The notes beneath the pieces are model-generated. The model was not told where the DNA came from. It made no database searches and saw only the letters and a list, made by a program, of their open reading frames with translations. Shown piece by piece: positions 25,512 through 32,000 of a DNA stretch of 32,000 nucleotides. The position numbers were made by a program, and so were the translations under genes. Origin of the DNA: Anaerocolumna jejuensis DSM 15929 (GTDB taxonomy: Bacteria > Bacillota > Clostridia > Lachnospirales > Lachnospiraceae); NCBI RefSeq assembly GCF_900142215.1, contig NZ_FRAC01000011.1, positions 54,758 to 86,757 of the forward strand, read 5' to 3'. Position 1 is the first letter of the stretch. Each line of letters begins with the position of its first letter.

Positions 25512-27631
25512 TACATGCTTTTCCTTTCCTTGATTTCTGCCATTTTTGCCGCATTGAGGCGGGTATCTCCCTTTACTCTGGAATAGGAAAGGTATCCGTT
25601 CATACGGTCGATTTTTGTTAAGTTGGAGCTGCCGCATTTCGGGCATACGTCCATCTCAAGCTCCTGATGGCCGCAGTCGTCACAGTAAGCTAAGGAAAGG
25701 TTGACGCCTTCATAAAAGCCCATCTCCATGGCTCGTCTCACCAGAGCCTTAATGGCATTGAGATTGTAATCGATGGGGTATTTAACATATTGTATCTTTC
25801 CGCCGTTTGAAAGGTCCCAGAAGCGGTGTTCCAAATCCTGCTTCTTTGTAGGAGTAAGGTCTTCCGAAACATGGCAGTGGAAGCTGTTGCTTACATATTC
25901 CCTGTCGGAAACGTTCTCAATAATTCCGTATTTCTTGCGGAACTGCTGAACCTGAAGGCCGCATAAGCTTTCTGCAGGGGTGCCGTAGATGGCATACAAG
26001 CGGTGGTCCTCCTCCTTGAACTGGTTAATCTTTTCGTTGATATAGGTTAACACTTCAATGGCAAAGGTACCATCCTCAGCCAGGGATTTTTTGTTGTACA
26101 GCTGCTGCAATTCATTTAAGGCAGTAATACCAAAGGAAGCAGTTGCTGATTCCAGCAAGGGCTTAATCTTATCGTGTATTCCCAAATGTCCGCCATAAAA
26201 ACCTCCCTCACAGTAGGCAAGGGGATTGGTAGAAGCACGCAGTTCGCCCAGGTAATCATAGGTGCGGATGTGAAGCTTACGGATCAGGCCCATATAATAA
26301 TCCAGAACCTCATAAAAATCCTTGCTTTCCTGTCTGGCCTTTGCAAGAATCATAGGCAGATGAAGGCTTACGGCACCGATATTAAAGCGTCCGGTAAAGA
26401 CGGGGATATCCTCCTCACTGGCAGGATACATGCCCCCCTCCCTGTACCAGGGGGAAAGGAAAGCGCGGCAGCCCATGGGGCTTATTATCTGGCCGTATTC
26501 TTTATATATGCCTGAGACATAGCCTTCCCCGGTAAGACTTAACCAGTCGGGGTACATGGTTTTACTGGAGCAGCGGATTCCGGCTTCAAAGACCTCTTCC
26601 AGCTCACAGCCCTCTCCATGGAGGTTCTCATCATAGAGAAATACAATCTTGGGAAAGAGTACCGGTTTCTTGCATTCTTTTTTGCCCTGTCCTTTTCTGC
26701 GGACATCTAAGAGAGCAATGGAGCCCATCCTGGCAAAGCGGCCTCTTCCGGTTCCGGCACTAACGGTAATAAAAGGATAGTCGCCACGGCTTGAAGCAAC
26801 GGTGTTAAATTTATATTCCCAGCCCTGAAAGCCCTGCTCAAAGTCTATCTTCACATCCTTAAGAGCTTCTTCCTCTGCCTTTTCGGAAGGAATTCCAAGA
26901 GAAAGGTATTTTTCATATAAGAGCTTGTAGGATTTTTCTGCATAGGGCTCTAACAATAAATCCACACTGGGAACGGTAAAACCGCCGTATTGCTGGCTGG
27001 CGGCACTAAGAACAATATCGCCGATAACATCAAAGGCTACATTTAAGGTCTTAGGCTCGTTATACCAGAGGTTGCCCATCTCAAAGCCGCCTTCCAGCAC
27101 ACTTTTTACATCAAAAAGGCAGCAGTTCATGGTGTCCCTTCTGGCTGACATGTCGTGAATGTAGATATAACCGTCCCTGGCAGCCTGTAATTCCTCTGTG
27201 GTGAGAAAGAATTTCTGGTAAAGCTCCTTATTCAGCTGGTTAAAGATAAGGCTTCTCTTTGTAGATACCAGAGCACTGTCGGTGTTGCTGTTCTCCTTGT
27301 CCCCAATATACATAATGGACTGGCTCTTTTTATAAACCTCATCCAGCATATGTACGAAATCCTGTTTATAATTGCGGTAATCACGGTAGCTCTTGGCAAC
27401 CAGCGGGCTGGTCTGCTCTAAGGCACCTTCTACGATATTATGCATTTCACGGATATAGATTTCTTCCTTGTTCATGGAAAGAACCTTATCCTCCACAAAT
27501 TTACAGATAAAATCGTGCTCCTCATTTGTAAACTGAATCAGAGCACGCTGTGCAGATTTATCTACTGCCTGTATGACCTTTTGTACATTAAATTCTTCCT
27601 TTGTATTATCCTTTTTTACTACTCTTATCAT
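25511..27631 (-). CDS. nrdD: Anaerobic ribonucleoside-triphosphate reductase (class III RNR)
   Basis: It has an N-terminal ATP-cone (VVKKDNTKEEFNVQKVIQAV), a C-terminal Zn ribbon CDDCGH...CPKCG and a glycyl-radical region RMNGYLS. Confidence 0.95.
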   Translation of the reverse strand: MIRVVKKDNTKEEFNVQKVIQAVDKSAQRALIQFTNEEHDFICKFVEDKVLSMNKEEIYIREMHNIVEGALEQTSPLVAKSYRDYRNYKQDFVHMLDEVYKKSQSIMYIGDKENSNTDSALVSTKRSLIFNQLNKELYQKFFLTTEELQAARDGYIYIHDMSARRDTMNCCLFDVKSVLEGGFEMGNLWYNEPKTLNVAFDVIGDIVLSAASQQYGGFTVPSVDLLLEPYAEKSYKLLYEKYLSLGIPSEKAEEEALKDVKIDFEQGFQGWEYKFNTVASSRGDYPFITVSAGTGRGRFARMGSIALLDVRRKGQGKKECKKPVLFPKIVFLYDENLHGEGCELEEVFEAGIRCSSKTMYPDWLSLTGEGYVSGIYKEYGQIISPMGCRAFLSPWYREGGMYPASEEDIPVFTGRFNIGAVSLHLPMILAKARQESKDFYEVLDYYMGLIRKLHIRTYDYLGELRASTNPLAYCEGGFYGGHLGIHDKIKPLLESATASFGITALNELQQLYNKKSLAEDGTFAIEVLTYINEKINQFKEEDHRLYAIYGTPAESLCGLQVQQFRKKYGIIENVSDREYVSNSFHCHVSEDLTPTKKQDLEHRFWDLSNGGKIQYVKYPIDYNLNAIKALVRRAMEMGFYEGVNLSLAYCDDCGHQELEMDVCPKCGSSNLTKIDRMNGYLSYSRVKGDTRLNAAKMAEIKERKSM

Positions 27632-27703
27632 TGGACATTAAAACCTTCTTTGCTTTATATTTACTGGGAAACGACCCATATCGTGTATTATTATAACACA
27701 TTG

Positions 27704-27719
27704 ATACAATATATAGTAG
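27704..27719 (-). promoter_or_regulatory. Candidate NrdR box overlapping the nrdDG promoter
   Basis: ATACAATATATAGTAG matches 13 of 16 positions of the palindromic NrdR consensus acaCwAtATaTwGtgt as I remember it. On the minus strand it lies just upstream of a TGTTATAAT extended -10 (plus-strand 27689-27697). Confidence 0.35.
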
Positions 27720-27980
27720 ATGTAAAATGAAAAAAATAAAAAAAGTTATTGGGATTTTTCACTAAAAAGTCTCCTGATGCGTTCAGACCGGGGGATGGCG
27801 GCCGGTGCTGTTATGCTGGAATAAGGGTTTGGCGTTCTTAATTAGTACTTTCCAATTTAGATGGTTTATGATATCCTTGTATAGCAAAGAGTTTGATTGA
27901 AATACCTGATTATTGCAATTCAGGGGATACAGAACGGGATACTCTCGTAACCCGGCAGGAATAGAAGGAGCAATAATAGA

Positions 27981-29810
27981 ATGAATTTGCTGAATGTAGA
28001 AAAGATGAGCAAAAGCTTTACAGATAAAGTACTATTTGACAAGGTCTCTCTGGGAATCAGCGATGGAGATAAAATCGGAGTTATCGGTATAAACGGTACG
28101 GGAAAATCAACCCTTTTAAAAATAATAGCGGGCCTTGAGGAGCCGGATGAAGGCGGGGTGGTAAAGGGAAAGAATATCCGAGTGGAATATCTTCCCCAAA
28201 TTCCCGAGTTCGATGAAAGCCTGAATATCCTGGAAAATGTAGTGAAGGATAAAAAAGCCCGGGAAGAATACCGGGATTTGGAAGGGGAAGCCAGGGCCAT
28301 GCTTCTAAAGCTCTCCATTTCCGACGTTACAGGAAGCACCGCTGCCTTGTCGGGAGGCCAGAAGAAGAGGGTGGCATTAGTCAGAACCCTTCTTACACCG
28401 GCAGAGATTTTGATACTGGATGAGCCTACCAACCACCTGGATGATGCCATGGCTGAGTGGCTGGAGGATTATTTGAGGAAATACCAGGGAGCCTTTTTAA
28501 TGGTAACCCATGACAGGTACTTCCTTGATAAGGTAACCAATAAGATAATAGAGATTGATAAGGGTTCTCTTTATACCTATGCTGCCAATTATACAAAGTT
28601 CTTAGAGCTTAAGGCAGCCAGAGAGGATATGGAAGCAGCTACGGAGAGAAAGAAGAAGAGTCTGTACCGCATGGACCTGGAGTGGATGCTGCGGGGGGCA
28701 AGAGCCCGGTCTACCAAGCAGAAGGCCCATATTATGCGCTTTGAGGAGCTTAAGAACCGCAAGGTGATAGAAGAGGATAAGGCAGTGGAAATCAATGCCC
28801 TTTCTTCAAGACTTGGTAAGAAGACCATTGAAATCAACGAAATTTCAAAATCCTATGGTGATAAGCTACTTTTCAAGGATTTCAGCTATATCATGCTGAA
28901 AGGCGACAGGCTTGGGATTGTCGGTCCTAACGGAAGCGGTAAGTCAACTCTCCTTAAAATCATCACAGGAATCCTGAAACCGGACGTAGGCTCGGTTGTT
29001 ACCGGAGAAACAGTTAAGATTGGCTACTTTTCTCAGGAAAATGAATACATGGATCAAAACCTCAAGGTGATTGATTACATCAGGAATGTGGCAGAATATA
29101 TAGAGACCGCAGATGGAACAACTACGGCATCCCAGATGCTTGAAAGGTTTCTGTTTTCGGGAAGCCTCCAGTATTCCCTTATCTCAAAGCTTTCAGGCGG
29201 AGAGCGAAGAAGGCTTTATCTGCTTAAGGTTCTTATGGAAGCGCCCAATGTCCTGATACTGGATGAGCCCACTAATGACTTGGATATTACCACTCTTACA
29301 ATCCTGGAGGATTATCTGGATACCTACGATGGAATTGTACTGGCAGTATCCCATGACAGATTTTTCCTGGACAGAATAGCGGACAGAATCTTTGCCTTTG
29401 AAGCAGGCGGTGTAATCAGGCAGTATGAGGGCGGCTTTACGGATTATAAGGAAAAGGTTCTGGAAGAAAGAACGGCAGAGGATAAAACTCTGTCAGAAAA
29501 TAAAGGTTCCATAAAAAATACAGAAGCATCCGATGCCTATAAGGCAAAGCCGAAGGAAGCAAAGTTAAAGCTGTCCTATAAAGAACAGAGAGAATACGAT
29601 ACCATAGAAACTGAAATCGCCTCTTTGGAAGAGCGTCTTGCAGACCTTGAGGGTGAAATAGAGACAGCGTCTGCCGATTATACAAAGCTGAATACTCTTA
29701 TGGCAGAAAAGGAACAGCTGGAGAAGAGCTTAGAGGAAAAAATGGAAAGATGGATGTATTTGACAGAGCTTGTGGGAGCAATACAGGAACAAAAAGATGG
29801 CATGAAATGA
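27981..29810 (+). CDS. ABC-F family ATPase (two ABC cassettes plus C-terminal coiled-coil; Uup/YdiF-like)
   Basis: It has two Walker A sites (GINGTGKST, GPNGSGKST) and two signatures (LSGGQKKR, LSGGERRR). There are no TM segments, and the C-terminal tail is charged. Confidence 0.9.
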   Translation: MNLLNVEKMSKSFTDKVLFDKVSLGISDGDKIGVIGINGTGKSTLLKIIAGLEEPDEGGVVKGKNIRVEYLPQIPEFDESLNILENVVKDKKAREEYRDLEGEARAMLLKLSISDVTGSTAALSGGQKKRVALVRTLLTPAEILILDEPTNHLDDAMAEWLEDYLRKYQGAFLMVTHDRYFLDKVTNKIIEIDKGSLYTYAANYTKFLELKAAREDMEAATERKKKSLYRMDLEWMLRGARARSTKQKAHIMRFEELKNRKVIEEDKAVEINALSSRLGKKTIEINEISKSYGDKLLFKDFSYIMLKGDRLGIVGPNGSGKSTLLKIITGILKPDVGSVVTGETVKIGYFSQENEYMDQNLKVIDYIRNVAEYIETADGTTTASQMLERFLFSGSLQYSLISKLSGGERRRLYLLKVLMEAPNVLILDEPTNDLDITTLTILEDYLDTYDGIVLAVSHDRFFLDRIADRIFAFEAGGVIRQYEGGFTDYKEKVLEERTAEDKTLSENKGSIKNTEASDAYKAKPKEAKLKLSYKEQREYDTIETEIASLEERLADLEGEIETASADYTKLNTLMAEKEQLEKSLEEKMERWMYLTELVGAIQEQKDGMK

Positions 29811-29850
29811 AAAGAATTACTATAAAAATTAATAAAAGGAGGAATTATAA

Positions 29851-30300
29851 ATGACAAAGATTGAAGTAGTAAGAGCAGAAATGGTCAAGGCGATGAAGGC
29901 AGGAGACAAGGGAAGAAAGGATGCATTATCCGCACTTCTTACAGCCCTAAAAAATGTGGCAATAGATAAAAGAGCGGATTTAACAGAAGAGGAAGAAAAT
30001 GCTGTAGTGTTAAAGGAAATGAAGCAGCTGAAGGAAACCCTGGAATCTGCTCCCTCCGACCGTAAGGACATTATTGATGAATGCAATCAGAGGCTCTCTG
30101 TTTTAGGTGAATTTGCACCAGTTTTCTTAAGCGAAGAGGAGATAAAGCAGGAAATACAAAGTGTCCTTTCAGGGCTTGGAATTACATCCCCTACGGCAAA
30201 GGACAAAGGAAAGATAATGAAGGAATTGATGCCGAGAGTAAAGGGCAAGGCAGACGGCAAACTGGTAAATGACCTGGTAGCAGCGGTATTCACAGAATAA
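29851..30300 (+). CDS. yqeY: GatB/YqeY-domain protein
   Basis: MKAGDKGRKDALSALLTALKN...KEMKQLKETLES...GKIMKELMPRVKGKADGKLVNDLV is YqeY-typical. The RBS is AAAGGAGG. Confidence 0.85.
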   Translation: MTKIEVVRAEMVKAMKAGDKGRKDALSALLTALKNVAIDKRADLTEEEENAVVLKEMKQLKETLESAPSDRKDIIDECNQRLSVLGEFAPVFLSEEEIKQEIQSVLSGLGITSPTAKDKGKIMKELMPRVKGKADGKLVNDLVAAVFTE

Positions 30301-30304
30301 CTGT

Positions 30305-30685
30305 ATGAAGAATAATACAAATACAATAACAGCTGATGATAACATTGTTATAAGCCATTTGACAGGGCATCTAACGATTGGGGATGTTGATACCTGGTAT
30401 GAAGAATTTGAAAAGGTGTGTTTTGGATTTATTGACAGTGGAAGACCCTTCCGTTTGTTAATGAATAGAAATCCTTATACGGTTAGTGATATCCATGTTC
30501 GTCCATATTGGAGACAAAAGTTCTTTAATGAAAAAATTACATCATCATATGAAGCATTTGCGTTAGTTCTTAGCGATGCTGAAATAGTAAAGGCATATAA
30601 AGAAAATAATCAATATGATTATGTGGACTTTTTTCTGGATTATGATAAAGCTTATGTATGGCTAAAAAATTTTAAAAGGAAGTAA
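30305..30685 (+). CDS. Hypothetical protein (126 aa), no family recognised
   Basis: This is a long ORF in AT-rich DNA, starting 4 nt after the yqeY stop. It has no obvious SD, so translational coupling is possible. Its composition differs from the upstream genes. Confidence 0.5.
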   Translation: MKNNTNTITADDNIVISHLTGHLTIGDVDTWYEEFEKVCFGFIDSGRPFRLLMNRNPYTVSDIHVRPYWRQKFFNEKITSSYEAFALVLSDAEIVKAYKENNQYDYVDFFLDYDKAYVWLKNFKRK

Positions 30686-30702
30686 AGAGATCTCTAATTC
30701 GT

Positions 30703-30813
30703 AACCAAGGGGTTGTTGCAAAATAGAAAAGTTTATACCAGATACCACGCATAAACTCGTTTATGTATACAATAGCCGGTATTGATTGTTCTTTTTGCAA
30801 TAGCCCCTTGGTT
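30703..30813. repeat. 111-nt element bounded by 21-nt inverted repeats
   Basis: AACCAAGGGGTTGTTGCAAAA (30703-30723) pairs with TTTTGCAATAGCCCCTTGGTT (30793-30813). The two non-complementary positions are G-U compatible on the + strand. The 69-nt interior contains GTTTAT/ATAAAC/GTTTATG alternative pairings. Confidence 0.8.
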
Positions 30814-30842
30814 CGGCATAAACATTCTCCACCGATTCTGTT

Positions 30843-31631
30843 TTATATTCTTAATAGTTTAGCTATATTTTCACCTAAAACTGCATTTGCTACAGCTGGA
30901 GTTTTAGCAAGTTGAAGTATAGCATTTTTAGATGCTTGTAAATCTCCAAATGGTCTATCTACTCCAAATAAACATTTATCCGGCACTTCATTTATGATAC
31001 TTCCAAGAACAAATGTAGAATAATAGGCAGATGTATCCAGATATAAATTAGGTATTTCTTTTACAAGTTCTACGGTTTCAATCCAATTACTGCCTCCTAA
31101 ATGCCCTAAAATAACTGGGGTTTGAGAATAAATTCTTGCAAGCTCTGAAATTTCTTTTATATCCTGAAAAGTAAGTGGAAAAAAAGCATGTATCCAAATG
31201 GGAAGGTTATGAAACTCTTGTGATGCATAAAAAATGTTTTTCAAAAGATGTATTTGCCCATTTCCAAGAGTAAATTCACCCATTCCGGATAAACAGTTTT
31301 TTTCAATCACTTCGTTTACATATTGAAGAGTGGCATCCAATTCAAGACCAGCTGGAATTGCTCCAAAGCCTATATATCGATTAGGGTATTGTTTAATCAC
31401 CTCCATAAGTTCCTGATTCGCTTTTTTACGTATCTCTACCATCGATCCCTTTTTTCCTGCCAATAAATCATGTAAAAACTCCATAGATGCTTTGACTTCA
31501 GTAAAATTATTAGATGTTTCAGGGTGAAAAGTAGTGGAGAACAGAATTGTTTTATCAACTCCCGCCTCATCCATATCTTTTATATGCTCCTGAATTGGTA
31601 AGGTAACATGTGAATGCCCATCAATAATCAT
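30843..31631 (-). CDS. Amidohydrolase-2 (TIM-barrel metal-dependent hydrolase) family protein
   Basis: It begins MIIDGHSHV (HxH metal motif) and also carries HAFFP and GHLGG motifs. The RBS is AAAGGAA. Confidence 0.7.
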   Translation of the reverse strand: MIIDGHSHVTLPIQEHIKDMDEAGVDKTILFSTTFHPETSNNFTEVKASMEFLHDLLAGKKGSMVEIRKKANQELMEVIKQYPNRYIGFGAIPAGLELDATLQYVNEVIEKNCLSGMGEFTLGNGQIHLLKNIFYASQEFHNLPIWIHAFFPLTFQDIKEISELARIYSQTPVILGHLGGSNWIETVELVKEIPNLYLDTSAYYSTFVLGSIINEVPDKCLFGVDRPFGDLQASKNAILQLAKTPAVANAVLGENIAKLLRI

Positions 31632-31749
31632 AAATATTTCCTTTCTTCAATGTATTGAATAATAATTTATCTTCTATTATAATAAGTTTTAACGAGAAAG
31701 GAAGTATGCACTTTTTTGTAGTATACTTACGAAAAGGAGAGCTAAAGTC

Positions 31750-32000
31750 GTGCAAGAAAAAATGTGTTTTGTCAGTAATAAAGAACCCTTTGAATATACA
31801 TTGTCAATCATAAGTGGAAAATGGAAATTGAAAATTATTTATCTCCTTGCTTGCATAACCCCTGTACGATACAATATGCTCAAAAAAGATATAGATGGAA
31901 TTACTCATAAGATGTTAAGCACGCAGCTGAAAGAACTGGAGCAAGAGGATATTATTTTGCGCAATGAATATCCTCAGGTTCCACCAAAAGTTGAATACTC
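31750..32000 (+). CDS. HxlR-family transcriptional regulator, 3'-truncated by the window edge
   Basis: My own translation from GTG 31750 (10 nt after AAGGAG; ATG 31762 is an alternative) reads ...LSIISGKWKLKIIYLLACITPVRYNMLKKDIDGITHKMLSTQLKELEQEDIILRNEYPQVPPKVEY. That is the canonical HxlR winged-helix pattern. The gene is not in the ORF track because no stop occurs in the window. Confidence 0.8.
   Translation, partial: MQEKMCFVSNKEPFEYTLSIISGKWKLKIIYLLACITPVRYNMLKKDIDGITHKMLSTQLKELEQEDIILRNEYPQVPPKVEY

Noticed and set aside
27673-27689. Second NrdR box about 31 bp from the candidate box
   Set aside because: The sequence GACCCATATCGTGTAT shares only the ATAT...GTGT half with the consensus, and the spacing is wrong.
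27777-27824. 15-codon uORF (MRSDRGMAAGAVMLE) upstream of the ABC-F gene as an ARE-ABCF-style attenuation leader peptide
   Set aside because: It has no SD (the upstream sequence is CTCC) and no adjacent terminator hairpin. The ABC-F protein looks Uup-like rather than like an antibiotic-resistance ABC-F.
27920-28450. 176-aa minus-strand ORF
   Set aside because: It is a shadow ORF antisense to the ABC-F gene, which has unambiguous Walker and signature motifs. It is Ser/Pro-rich, low-complexity and lacks an RBS.
31706-31807. 33-codon ORF starting at ATG 31706 upstream of and overlapping the HxlR gene
   Set aside because: It is out of frame with the HxlR reading frame, the RBS spacing is too short (1-2 nt), and I recognised no motif in it.

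Overview
The window looks like chromosomal DNA from a spore-forming Firmicute (Clostridia, Lachnospiraceae-like, judged by protein similarity and AGGAGG-type ribosome-binding sites). Its backbone is the conserved origin-proximal housekeeping synteny known from Bacillus: yaaT(ricT), a yabB-like tRNA m6A methyltransferase, rsmI, abrB(-), T-box-metG, tatD and rsmA(ksgA). Two blocks interrupt that backbone. The first, between abrB and metG, holds spmAB, a three-gene ABC-2 transporter, a DUF885 lipoprotein, a DUF6273 protein and a small lipoprotein. The second, between metG and tatD, holds a glutaminase-A-like/DUF4965 protein, a divergent ArsR/COG4189-type regulator and cotJABC. Downstream come a PPi-type phosphofructokinase, a membrane-anchored MutS-domain-V paralog, a MerR-methyltransferase fusion, nrdDG (class III RNR), an ABC-F ATPase and yqeY. 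The window ends in a low-GC tail with a 126-aa orphan, an amidohydrolase and a partial HxlR regulator. I recognised no rRNA, tRNA, CRISPR, transposase or integrase. I did not find a convincing novel multi-gene system. The least explained signals are two A-rich, T-poor tandem-repeat arrays (22-nt and 16-nt units) that fall in predicted untranslated transcript regions of two regulator genes. Others are a textbook MerR-type 19-bp-spacer promoter with a 21-bp perfect palindrome, a consensus promoter followed by a ~200-nt leader with an SD-mimic/anti-SD arrangement ahead of the ABC-2 operon, and a 111-nt inverted-repeat element in the low-GC tail. All calls rest on reading the translations and the sequence; no database search was run.
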